The notes under the pieces were generated by a model. That model saw nothing but the letters and a program-made list of their open reading frames with translations. It did no database searches and was not told the origin of the DNA. This document shows, one piece after another, positions 18,471 through 26,725 of a DNA stretch of 64,000 bases. The stretch spans positions 917,298-981,297 of the forward strand of contig CP065013.1 in the NCBI GenBank assembly GCA_016700315.1. The letters run 5' to 3'. The stretch is from Candidatus Saccharimonadota bacterium (GTDB lineage: Bacteria; Patescibacteriota; Saccharimonadia; Saccharimonadales; SZUA-47). Numbering within the stretch: the stretch's first letter is position 1; each line of letters begins with the position of its first letter. Made by a program: the position numbers and the translations under genes.

Positions 18471-19883
18471 ATCATTTACCTCTGCTGCCGCTTCAACTGC
18501 TAGTTCTAGGTTTACGACAAAGCCTTTATCGTTATAGGTATAGTGGTAAGTATGGGTTGGACTACCTTTATCACCGTAAAGCACTAGCTCATGTCGGCCA
18601 TCAGCAAGGACTTTAATATTAGATCTGGTATCGTGATCAATCCCTGCTAGTTTACCCTGACCGTCTTTACTGACGTAGAGTGTTGGCGAGAGCATGTCGT
18701 AGTGACCTTTGTCTATTTTTGTTACTAGGCCGTTTTTGATGTGCTCATAATGACCTAGGTATACGTTGTCCTGTTCGTAGTAGTAATAGTGGATACCGCC
18801 GTCATTGTCTAATGTATAGTTGTCACCCAGTTTCGTATTTCCAAGCTTCATCAAATCATCACGCCCAACATGATGATAAAGTGCATGTCTTAGTCCGTGA
18901 GCAACAGCGTCAAGATCGTTGCTGTAAGTATTATCTGGGTTAGTGACTGTATGATTGTAGCGGTTTTTAATAGATACATGGTTGCCACTGCGGCTGATCT
19001 GTACCGACATACTGGATACTCCGTATGGGTCTTCACGGGTTGGTGCAAGCCTGATTAGATCATACCTATCAGTTTCAGGGTCGTACCTGTTTATGATACG
19101 AAGGTACTGCTTCCAGGCCTCGCTTAAGTTATCGGCAGTCAGCTCATTAGCCGGCAGAGTATCATCGGCATCGTTGTGACGCAGCCACATAATATGGTAC
19201 TGCTTTAGTCTCTCTGGTATTTCTTTAAAGGTGCAAAGCCTCTCGCCGCCTCTGTAATCACGCTCAAAGGCCGCTACTTCATCTACCAAGTTAAGCGGAC
19301 CATGAAGTTTGTAGCCTACCGACGCGGCTAGCTCGTATGGGTTCTTAGGCTCCGTCAGCCGAATCTCTCCCTGCTCATAGTAGTGTCTCTCTAAAATTGC
19401 GGCTATATAACTGTGGTTAGCTCGCAGTGTCTGTAGGGCCTGGTGGGGGTTGGGTATAATCTTCTTCAGCTGAAAAGCAAAGTCCAATTGTTCCATGTAG
19501 GGAGCTAATAACTCACGGGCACCGTTACCGGCATAGCTTCCGTCGCTATTAAGCTCGCCTTTAATAAACGAGTCGCCATACCAGTTATTTAGCCGGTTAG
19601 TGTTAGACCTTAATATCTTTTTTCTGGCTGCCTCTTCGGTGTCTAAAGTGACTGGTGTTTCTGTGTCTGATTGATGGCTTTCTGATCTGTCGGTTAGAGC
19701 AGTAGCGCCAAGCTCTCTAGAACTTAAGCACGGCGTACTCTCAGCTGTGCTTTCAAGATAAAACTGCGTACGTTTATCGCCAGCTGTACCTGGAACCATA
19801 ACGCCACTAATATCTCCAACACCTAACTCGGTTGTCGATAAGAACCCATAAATAGGTTGTTTAGTAAGTAAATCTCCGTGCAT
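18081..19883 (-). CDS. large cytoplasmic-type protein: unknown ~460-aa N-terminal domain plus C-terminal LRR-like 20-aa repeats (NPNLT(S/N)LTIAEGA...); frame ends prematurely inside the repeats
   Basis: 600-aa ORF. The repeats resemble BspA-type leucine-rich repeats. No signal peptide seen. The stop at 18081 follows a 1-nt deletion relative to neighbouring units. Confidence 0.75.
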   Translation of the reverse strand: MHGDLLTKQPIYGFLSTTELGVGDISGVMVPGTAGDKRTQFYLESTAESTPCLSSRELGATALTDRSESHQSDTETPVTLDTEEAARKKILRSNTNRLNNWYGDSFIKGELNSDGSYAGNGARELLAPYMEQLDFAFQLKKIIPNPHQALQTLRANHSYIAAILERHYYEQGEIRLTEPKNPYELAASVGYKLHGPLNLVDEVAAFERDYRGGERLCTFKEIPERLKQYHIMWLRHNDADDTLPANELTADNLSEAWKQYLRIINRYDPETDRYDLIRLAPTREDPYGVSSMSVQISRSGNHVSIKNRYNHTVTNPDNTYSNDLDAVAHGLRHALYHHVGRDDLMKLGNTKLGDNYTLDNDGGIHYYYYEQDNVYLGHYEHIKNGLVTKIDKGHYDMLSPTLYVSKDGQGKLAGIDHDTRSNIKVLADGRHELVLYGDKGSPTHTYHYTYNDKGFVVNLELAVEAAAEVNDIFLYPNLTSLTIAEGAKTWSIYGNPNLTSLTIAEGAEAGSIYDNPNLTNLTIAEGAKTWSIYGNPNLTSLTTAEGARTLGICENPNLTNLTIAEGAEAGDIYDNPNLTNLTIAAGAEAGTYMITRTLPT

Positions 19884-20182
19884 GTTGTTTTATTGTATCA
19901 TATTTTAACTATTATTCAATAGTCCGCGAGTGGCGGTCTGTGTTAGACAACTATCCTTTTCTTTTCTTAATGTCTTCCTAAATTAACATAATTTTTATAG
20001 TTTAACCCCAGCTCGACATTAGTCAGCCCAAGTAAATATTAATTTGTATCTGTAAATCTTATCGCTACGACGTATTTTACGTGTTAACCGCTACGTAAAA
20101 CACTCCGAAACTAAGTTTTTACTAGCTAAAATGTATATTTATAGGTGTTGTTATGTCGAGCTAGGGTCAGTATAGTGGAATT

Positions 20183-20671
20183 ATGGCACACATACACGAG
20201 TTAAAGGACTTCACTGTCAGCGCTTTTGTCTTGCACCCTGAAAAACCACAGTTTTTGCTACTACATCACAACAAAATTGGGAGGTGGCTACAGCCGGGCG
20301 GGCACATTGAGCTAAAAGAAAACCCTATCCAAGCTCTGAATCACGAATTATATGAAGAAACTGGCCTTAAGCCAGACCAGTGGGGTTTCGTCGGCCAACC
20401 AGACTACCCAAAAGTAGATCACGACTTAACTACCGAAGCGACCTTACCACTGCCTTTTTATCTGAGTGAACATAACTTTAGTCCTACCCACCAGCACATA
20501 GACCTAACGTACCTAGTCAAGGCAAAAACGGCTACTCTAACCAAAAATCCTGATGGTGCCAGCGCCATAGGCTGGTTCACACTCGAACAAGTAGCGGCAA
20601 AGTTAGACGATGGTAAATTGTTTAAGGCGACGTATCAAATTTGCGAGTGGATCGCCAAAAAATACTTTTAA
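20183..20671 (+). CDS. NUDIX hydrolase
   Basis: Nudix box GGHIELKENPIQALNHELYEETGL. 162 aa. Confidence 0.85.
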   Translation: MAHIHELKDFTVSAFVLHPEKPQFLLLHHNKIGRWLQPGGHIELKENPIQALNHELYEETGLKPDQWGFVGQPDYPKVDHDLTTEATLPLPFYLSEHNFSPTHQHIDLTYLVKAKTATLTKNPDGASAIGWFTLEQVAAKLDDGKLFKATYQICEWIAKKYF

Positions 20672-20754
20672 GCAATAGCGTAATAATAACAACTTTTACA
20701 AAAACACAACAAACCGCTATTCACACCAGCTCTCAATATAAGTAAACTATAGGT

Positions 20755-21528
20755 ATGTCGAGTGAGGGTAACAGTTCGTCTAGTAATGACAGCACGCAGT
20801 CTAATTTGCCACAGGCCGGTGTTTATAGCAATATTGACATCCGAAAGGCTATAGCTGATGGCCACATAATTTGCCAGCCCTATAACCCTAAACATGTAGC
20901 CCACGCAAGCCTCGACGTCACCTTAGGCTATTATTACTACCGAACCGGTCAAGAGAAGCGCGGCTTTGTCTATAATCCTTTTGACGAATCTGACGTACGC
21001 CGCTACTTCGGCGAACTACAACAAGCCGTTAGCCACCAAGATTGGTGCAACGCCAACGGCGTAAAGCCGTTAGCTAACATTCCGCTTGATCATCCCGTAA
21101 TACCACTTCGCCCTGGCGAGAGAATTCTGGCCCACACCCATGAATTTTTTGGCATCAAACCGCCTGGTGCTTACCAAGTAAAAGCTCGTTCAAGTTGGGG
21201 ACGTAACGGTGTTTCGGTTTGTTTTGATGCTGGCTGGGTCGACCCGGGTTACATCAATCGTCTTACTCTGGAGATTTATAACCTGAACGAACACGAAACT
21301 GTTCTACTACCAGTAGGTGAGAGAATAGCCCAGGCCGTTTTCTTGACAACCGGTGAAGTTGAAGGCAGTTATGGCGAAGGCCGCGACCAAGGATTCAGCG
21401 GCAAGTACCAGCAGGGAAGTGACCTCGAGGAGATCATTGCCAGCTGGACGCCAGAGCAAATGTTGCCTAGAGCCTACAAAGATCAAAGAACATTACCGGG
21501 AGTGATCGCCGGTTTAAAAGCACGATAG
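20755..21528 (+). CDS. dcd: dCTP deaminase / dUTPase-superfamily protein (Dcd-like, long form)
   Basis: IDIRKAIADGHIICQPYNPKHVAHASLDVTLG and a trimeric-dUTPase-fold C-terminus (GWVDPGYINRLTLEIYN, PVGERIAQAVF). Has a Ser-rich N-terminal tail. Confidence 0.75.
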   Translation: MSSEGNSSSSNDSTQSNLPQAGVYSNIDIRKAIADGHIICQPYNPKHVAHASLDVTLGYYYYRTGQEKRGFVYNPFDESDVRRYFGELQQAVSHQDWCNANGVKPLANIPLDHPVIPLRPGERILAHTHEFFGIKPPGAYQVKARSSWGRNGVSVCFDAGWVDPGYINRLTLEIYNLNEHETVLLPVGERIAQAVFLTTGEVEGSYGEGRDQGFSGKYQQGSDLEEIIASWTPEQMLPRAYKDQRTLPGVIAGLKAR

Positions 21529-21554
21529 TAAATGAAGAGAATGGAAGACGCAAA

Positions 21555-23918
21555 ATGAACATTAGCGAAAAAAACGGTCTGTTTTTTGTAATTGAGGGCA
21601 CCGACGGAACAGGTAAAGGAACTCAATTTGAGCTACTGACCAAACGCTTAGTTGAGGCTGGTCACAAAGTAGCAGTCTTCGATTTCCCTAGATACAGCGA
21701 GCCCAGCAGCTACTACGTCAGAGAGTATTTGAATGGCAACTATGGCACAAGCGAAGAAGTTGGGCCGTTCACAGCTTCGCTTTTTTATGCACTAGATCGT
21801 TTCGCCGCACGCGATCAGATCAAAGAAGCTCTAGCAGATGGTTATATAGTACTGTCAAATCGCTTTGTTGCCAGTAACATGGGCCATCAGGGAACTAAAT
21901 TTGACACCAGTGAAGAACGAAAAGGCTATTTTTTGTGGCTCGATAATCTGGAGTTTGGCATGCTCGGGATTCCTCGTCCTACAAAGAATTTTGTCCTGCG
22001 TGCTACGGCAGAAATTGCCCAGAAGCTTGTCGATCAAAAAGCTAAGCGAGACTACACCGACAAAAAACGCGATCTTCATGAAGCAGACTTAGAACACCTC
22101 AAAAAAGCAGTGATGGTTTATGATGAACTCTGCACTTTGATGCCGAAGGATTTCGCTCGAGTGGACTGCGTTAGAAGCGGCGAGATGATGAGTAAAGCGG
22201 CTATTCACGATATGCTGTGGAAACTGATTGAGCAGGACCTGCCTAAGGCCAAAAAGGGCCAAGGTAAGCTTATTAAGCACGAGAGTCCAAGGGGTGAAAC
22301 TTCGCCGCCGCCTCTTGATCTAACCAACGAACCACTCGTTCAGAAACAACCAAACGGGTCTTATGAGATAACGGAATCTGGCAAGCGCTTTTTGCAATCA
22401 GCCGTCACCAACGTCAGCGGTAATGTTTACGCATTTACAGATGAAATGAGCCCTATAACTATCGCTGCCGCCATGGCTAGGCTTAGCCGCCGCGGTGATG
22501 ATATGCGAGTAACACTACTTGATGAATTTGCCAGCAGCAAAGCCAACAAAGACGAGAAGCTACTGCAACGTGTGATCACGGCCTATGGCGATGATTCCGT
22601 CCAACAGTTAGTCGGCCAACACATTGTAGTCGAGAATGCTAGTAATTTGCTAACAAAGAAGCTCGAATGGGGAAGATTAGCAGCTTACTTGGAGCAATCA
22701 ACCCGCTACATTTATTACGATCAGAAGGATAGCCAGGGGAACTATAAATACTTTGTGCCAACTCACTTCAATGAAGCCGTCAAAACTCAGTATTGTAAAG
22801 TTATGGATGCTATCTTTGATGTCTACTCTAAGCTGGTGCATGATCTGACAACTTACGTCCGAAGTAATTCAAAAACTCCTCAGGATGAGCGAGACGTGGC
22901 CTGGCAGGGAGCAACTCGGGCTCAAGCTTGCGATGCTGCACGACACATGTTGCCAGTTGCCACCAAATCTACCGTCGGAATTTTTGCTAGCGGCCAGGCA
23001 CTCGAGAATATGATTATGAATCTTCTAGCCGATGAGCTGCCAGAAGCACGAGAAGTTGGACAGCAGATATTACAAGAATCACGAAAAGTAGTCAGTACTT
23101 TCTTAGAGAGAGCCGATAAGCCTGATCGTGGCGGCGCAACAATCGCCTACCGCAATATTACTAAAAAAGCGGTTGCCAATATAGCCAACCAGAATCTTCC
23201 ACAAAATCTTGCGCCTGCGGCTAAGAACCCAGTGGTCTTGACAGATGTATGGCCAAGAAACGAATTAGATTTGGTTGCTGAAATAGTCTACGAACACAGT
23301 AATTTACCGCTTCTGACCATCAGAAATGAGGTGACAAGCTGGCCCGTAGACAAAAAAATCGAAACTCTTAAAGCATACATCGGCGAACGACTAAATAGAC
23401 GACACAAGCCTGGGCGGGCATTCGAAAAAGCTCACTATAGCTGGGATCTGATCTGTGATTATGGGATTTTCCGCGACCTTCAGCGTCATCGAATGGTAGA
23501 CGATATGGAATGGCAGCAGCTGACGCCTCGCTACGGATACGAGATCCCTGAACTTGTCGAAGAAGCGGGCCTGACAGAATTATTTGAGCAAGCCTTCGCT
23601 TTAAGTTTGGCGCTGCACAGCTATCTTACAGAGAAGGGCTATAGTTTAGAATCACAATACGCCACTTTACTGGGCCACAAGATGCGCTGGAAGATGACTT
23701 ACAATGCACGCGAAGCCTACCACTTCAATGAACTTCGCACCAGCCCTCAAGGTCATCCTGGTTACCGAAAACTAGTGCTACAAATGCACGAAAAACTCTC
23801 CGAGGTACATCCAATCATTGCCGGGGGAATGAAGTTCGTCAATGTGGCAGAGGATCCCGAACTTACAAGACTCGCAGCGGAGCGAGCAACGCAATTTAAG
23901 CTAGATCAGTTAGTCTAG
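21555..23918 (+). CDS. tmk-thyX: fusion protein: thymidylate kinase (N-terminal ~215 aa) + long-form FAD-dependent thymidylate synthase ThyX (C-terminal ~530 aa)
   Basis: The N-terminus FFVIEGTDGTGKGTQFELL is the Tmk P-loop. The C-terminus carries a ThyX-type RHR motif (GIFRDLQRHRMVDDMEWQQL) and a Thy1-like upstream half (ITIAAAMARLSRRGDD). Confidence 0.75.
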   Translation: MNISEKNGLFFVIEGTDGTGKGTQFELLTKRLVEAGHKVAVFDFPRYSEPSSYYVREYLNGNYGTSEEVGPFTASLFYALDRFAARDQIKEALADGYIVLSNRFVASNMGHQGTKFDTSEERKGYFLWLDNLEFGMLGIPRPTKNFVLRATAEIAQKLVDQKAKRDYTDKKRDLHEADLEHLKKAVMVYDELCTLMPKDFARVDCVRSGEMMSKAAIHDMLWKLIEQDLPKAKKGQGKLIKHESPRGETSPPPLDLTNEPLVQKQPNGSYEITESGKRFLQSAVTNVSGNVYAFTDEMSPITIAAAMARLSRRGDDMRVTLLDEFASSKANKDEKLLQRVITAYGDDSVQQLVGQHIVVENASNLLTKKLEWGRLAAYLEQSTRYIYYDQKDSQGNYKYFVPTHFNEAVKTQYCKVMDAIFDVYSKLVHDLTTYVRSNSKTPQDERDVAWQGATRAQACDAARHMLPVATKSTVGIFASGQALENMIMNLLADELPEAREVGQQILQESRKVVSTFLERADKPDRGGATIAYRNITKKAVANIANQNLPQNLAPAAKNPVVLTDVWPRNELDLVAEIVYEHSNLPLLTIRNEVTSWPVDKKIETLKAYIGERLNRRHKPGRAFEKAHYSWDLICDYGIFRDLQRHRMVDDMEWQQLTPRYGYEIPELVEEAGLTELFEQAFALSLALHSYLTEKGYSLESQYATLLGHKMRWKMTYNAREAYHFNELRTSPQGHPGYRKLVLQMHEKLSEVHPIIAGGMKFVNVAEDPELTRLAAERATQFKLDQLV

Positions 23919-24315
23919 ATATCCTTAGAATCACAGGAGGATTCGGCACGGCCGACACTCGCGAAAGTAAGTCTTTTCTCTGTTGCTCACTCACTTGTTC
24001 GCAGTTTATAGACAGCGCAACGGCACCGAATGGTGGTTCCATGTCTGCTAATACACTGTTAAAATCTTCTATCGTAGTGACGCCGAAGACACCAAGAAAA
24101 CCTATGGTGAATAATGACGATTCATCGACTAAAAACCTCGCTCTCCTCTCCTTTTCGTCATAAGAACTAACGCCCGAAAAAAGAACATCTACAAAATCCT
24201 GTGTCAGTAAATGTTGTAAGGTAAACGAAGCTACGCGCTCACCTACAACAGCGCTATCCGTCACCTTTGACTCGCAATTTGGATCCGAGAACCTTTGTCT
24301 AGAAATATCCGACAT
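23896..24315 (-). CDS. hypothetical 139-aa protein
   Basis: ORF served by a near-consensus promoter (TTGACA-16 nt-TATAGT) ending 8 nt from its ATG. Its 3' end overlaps tmk-thyX convergently by 23 nt. No family recognised. Confidence 0.5.
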   Translation of the reverse strand: MSDISRQRFSDPNCESKVTDSAVVGERVASFTLQHLLTQDFVDVLFSGVSSYDEKERRARFLVDESSLFTIGFLGVFGVTTIEDFNSVLADMEPPFGAVALSINCEQVSEQQRKDLLSRVSAVPNPPVILRISRLTDLA

Positions 24316-24322
24316 CGACAGT

Positions 24323-24350
24323 ACTATACTCTAGTTTCTATTTTTGTCAA
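24323..24350 (-). promoter_or_regulatory. sigma70-type promoter for the 23896-24315 gene (possibly a leaderless mRNA)
   Basis: Reverse strand reads TTGACA (24345-24350), a 16-nt spacer, then TATAGT (24323-28). The -10 lies only 8 nt upstream of the ATG. Confidence 0.5.
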
Positions 24351-24352
24351 TA

Positions 24353-24381
24353 TTGACAGCCTTTGATGTCATGTTTATTCT
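24353..24381 (+). promoter_or_regulatory. sigma70-type promoter candidate driving a ~140-nt leader toward the 24638/24835 ORFs
   Basis: TTGACA (24353-58), a 17-nt spacer, then TATTCT (24376-81). The -35 is the other half of the palindrome TGTCAATATTGACA (24345-24358). Confidence 0.4.
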
Positions 24382-24503
24382 GGTTTGTATATGTTAAATA
24401 CAGCAGATTTCAGCAAGGTAAGTCTCGTGATTCTCGACGTGGCTTGTGTTGGAATTGGGTCGAAGCATAGATAAAACAACCTGCACAAGCCAAAAAACAG
24501 AAG

Positions 24504-24528
24504 CTTCGATCCAAAATCGAAGTTTTTT
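24504..24528 (+). terminator. intrinsic terminator/attenuator in the leader
   Basis: CTTCGAT (24504-10), loop CCAAA, ATCGAAG (24516-22), then TTTTTT (24523-28). Confidence 0.55.
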
Positions 24529-24637
24529 AATATTTAGGAGTTTTACAAAGTGGAATCAAAATACCCGTCACCAGCTCATTACGAACACAGAATACCGCTA
24601 AGCTACATCTTAGAGTTAGGCGCTAGCGCTACCGAAA

Positions 24638-24838
24638 ATGCGACTTATGTTTACTACGAGGATTACAGCGACTAGTATGGAATACGAAATATACGGCTTT
24701 AACCCAGAAAAAATGAGAAGACCGCAGTCCGCGCTAGAAGACGCCGAGTGGAGAATAAAAAATGGCGCAGTCGTACCAACACACTTAGTTGCTATGCTGC
24801 CAGATCTAAAATTAGTAAGAAACGAAACCGAAAAATGA
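24638..24838 (+). CDS. hypothetical small protein (66 aa; true start may be the internal ATG at 24677)
   Basis: Open frame. Its stop overlaps the next ATG as ATGA. No family recognised. Confidence 0.4.
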   Translation: MRLMFTTRITATSMEYEIYGFNPEKMRRPQSALEDAEWRIKNGAVVPTHLVAMLPDLKLVRNETEK

Positions 24839-25353
24839 AGACTAGGGGTCCAGCAATAGCGTGGGGAAGCACCCAAACTAATTATGAAATGTCCATTATA
24901 CCGTTAGCCGACAGATCTGTTAGGTTTATGTTTGTCCATTCTACAGGCTGGACTCACGCAGGGTTCACAGTTAATACTGACGTGTCGTCTAGCCCAGAGT
25001 GCGACGTACTGTCTATCCAGCTCGCTGTAGATACGAGCAAAAGAACACCATACGAAAGCGCGCAATCTATAGCGGAACAACTAAATGAAGTGAGGGCGTT
25101 GATGCTCATTGAAAAAATGCGGCATGCGCTATACGACTACCCAAACATACCCGAAAACATTCATATCCCTCTAATAGGTAATATGGGTAAGTTGGCCTTA
25201 GCCCATGCCTTAGATACTATCAACCTAACAAGCCCTCGTATTTTTGGTAAGTTTTACCCGGTCGCTACGTCGTATGCCACAAAAACAGTTCAAAGCCAAA
25301 AAGGCGCCGACGTCCATCGAAAAATCAGAGATTTATTGATGACTAGAGCATAG
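24835..25353 (+). CDS. hypothetical 172-aa protein
   Basis: Start chosen at the ATG forming an ATGA overlap with the upstream ORF; the ORF-track start is 24748. No family recognised. Confidence 0.5.
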   Translation: MKTRGPAIAWGSTQTNYEMSIIPLADRSVRFMFVHSTGWTHAGFTVNTDVSSSPECDVLSIQLAVDTSKRTPYESAQSIAEQLNEVRALMLIEKMRHALYDYPNIPENIHIPLIGNMGKLALAHALDTINLTSPRIFGKFYPVATSYATKTVQSQKGADVHRKIRDLLMTRA

Positions 25354-25588
25354 ATTTTTGTATTGTAGTTGTCGGTTAAATCTGCTATAATTCATCTGTT
25401 ACCGAAGACAGCGACGGAAGAAATTCTTGAAAAGGTCGCCGAGGCAATAAATCTTTATTGTTTTTGAGCATTAGATTGCGTCTTCGATTAAGAGGACGTT
25501 TTTTGATTCTCGGTAACAAAAGGCGAGCAACAATACAAAGGTCGAGCTGCTCAACAAAAAATAAACTAACTGAAAAGGAGAATTAGTT

Positions 25589-25665
25589 AGAGACAAGAGA
25601 TAAGAGACAAGAGATAAGAATACATTACTTCTCTTGCTCGTGACTCGCGACTCATAACTCTATTT
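25589..25665. repeat. period-7 arrays in the rplJ leader
   Basis: GAGACAA GAGATAA GAGACAA GAGATAA, followed by CTCTTGC TCGTGAC TCGCGAC TCATAAC TCTATTT. The two blocks are partly complementary. Confidence 0.75.
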
Positions 25666-25667
25666 TC

Positions 25668-26192
25668 ATGGCACTAACCAAAGTAAAAAAGAACGAAGTT
25701 GTGCAAGAAGTCTCAGACCTTCTGGCAACTTCAAAGATGACAGTGGTCAGCCAGTACCAAGGAGCCACTGTTAAATCACTACAGTCCCTCAGAAAGCATG
25801 CAAAGCAAGCTGGCACAACTGTAAAAGTTGTTAAAAACCGACTTGTAGTACAAGCCCTGAAGGCAAATGACGGCCTAAAGGACGTTTCGACAAGCGAGCT
25901 AAAAGGCATGCTGCTTTATGCCTTCAACCCGCAAGACGAAGTAGCTGCTGCTCAAGTTTTGGATAAATTTGCCAAAGACGAGCCAAGCCTCAAATTTGTC
26001 GGAGCAATTAGCGCAGACGGCAAGTTTTTGGACGCTAATGAGGTGACAACACTGGCTAAAATGCCTAGCAAAAATCAGCTTATCGCTGAAACAGTTGCTA
26101 TGCTACTAGCGCCAGTCAACGATGTTACCAACGCACTTTCTGGCAACTTGCACGGATTGCTCGACGCAGTAGCCGCCAAAGCATCGGCCTAA
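25668..26192 (+). CDS. rplJ: 50S ribosomal protein L10
   Basis: 174 aa. Typical L10 N-terminus (KKNEVVQEVSDLLATSKMTVVSQYQGATVKSLQSLRK). Lies directly upstream of rplL. Confidence 0.9.
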   Translation: MALTKVKKNEVVQEVSDLLATSKMTVVSQYQGATVKSLQSLRKHAKQAGTTVKVVKNRLVVQALKANDGLKDVSTSELKGMLLYAFNPQDEVAAAQVLDKFAKDEPSLKFVGAISADGKFLDANEVTTLAKMPSKNQLIAETVAMLLAPVNDVTNALSGNLHGLLDAVAAKASA

Positions 26193-26204
26193 AGGCCAAA
26201 AAGA

Positions 26205-26260
26205 ACGATTAACGATTAAGGATTTACTTCTTTAATCATTCATCACAAATCATTAATCGA
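26205..26260. repeat. period-7 array (CGATTAA / TCATTAA type) between rplJ and rplL
   Basis: ACGATTA ACGATTA AGGATTT ... TAATCAT TCATCAC AAATCAT TAATCG. The left and right halves are partly complementary. Confidence 0.7.
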
Positions 26261-26272
26261 AAGGGAATTCAA

Positions 26273-26653
26273 ATGTCAGATGTAAAGAAACTAGCAGAGG
26301 AACTAACCAAGCTTAGCGTTCTCGAAGTAAACGAACTAAAAAATATCCTAAAAGATGAGTACGGCATCGAGCCTGCAGCTGCTGCTGTTGCTGTTGCTGG
26401 CCCTGCCGCAGGCGGCGATGCTGCTCCAGCTGCCGAGGAAAAAGCAGAGTACGATGTAGTCCTTAAGGACGCAGGCGCACAGAAAGTTGCTGTTATCAAG
26501 GCCGTTAAAGACGTAACTGGTCTTGGTCTTGGTGAAGCCAAAGCAATTGTTGATGGCGCTCCAAAAACCGTCTTAGAAAAAGCTAAGAAAGAAGACGCTG
26601 AAGCTGCCAAGAAAGCCCTCGAAGAGGCAGGCGCTACAGTAGAGCTAGCTTAA
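26273..26653 (+). CDS. rplL: 50S ribosomal protein L7/L12
   Basis: 126 aa. An Ala-rich hinge and the C-terminal domain [40 protein letters not shown]. Confidence 0.95.
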   Translation: MSDVKKLAEELTKLSVLEVNELKNILKDEYGIEPAAAAVAVAGPAAGGDAAPAAEEKAEYDVVLKDAGAQKVAVIKAVKDVTGLGLGEAKAIVDGAPKTVLEKAKKEDAEAAKKALEEAGATVELA

Positions 26654-26673
26654 TAAGTACTGTTAAAAAATTT

Positions 26674-26702
26674 AGCGGGGTAACACCCGCTTTATTTTTT
26701 TA
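26674..26702 (+). terminator. rho-independent terminator after rplL
   Basis: AGCGGG (26674-79), a 6-nt loop, CCCGCT (26686-91), then TTTATTTTTTTT. Confidence 0.8.
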
Positions 26703-26725
26703 CGAATTTGTTATAAATTAACTTT

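Noticed and set aside
17837-18537. Plus-strand ORFs 17837-18151 and 18136-18537 encoding repeated MVRLVRFGL... peptides
   Set aside because: They are the antisense reading of the 60-bp tandem repeats. Any tandem repeat whose unit length is a multiple of 3 and that lacks stops stays open on several frames. The reverse-strand frame joins a long non-repetitive N-terminal domain and gives an LRR-like consensus, so it is the coding one.
20008-20170. About 12-bp inverted repeat (CCAGCTCGACAT ... ATGTCGAGCTAGG) flanking 140 bp of AT-rich DNA between the LRR gene and the Nudix gene, considered as a MITE
   Set aside because: The arms are short and imperfect, no target-site duplication is evident, and there is no second copy in the window. 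It is equally consistent with divergent promoter and operator DNA, so the evidence is insufficient to call a mobile element.
26269-26610. 113-aa reverse-strand ORF (Ala/Ser-rich) overlapping rplL
   Set aside because: It lies entirely antisense to the unmistakable L7/L12 gene. It is a low-complexity translation of the GC-rich Ala-hinge region and has no independent start signal.
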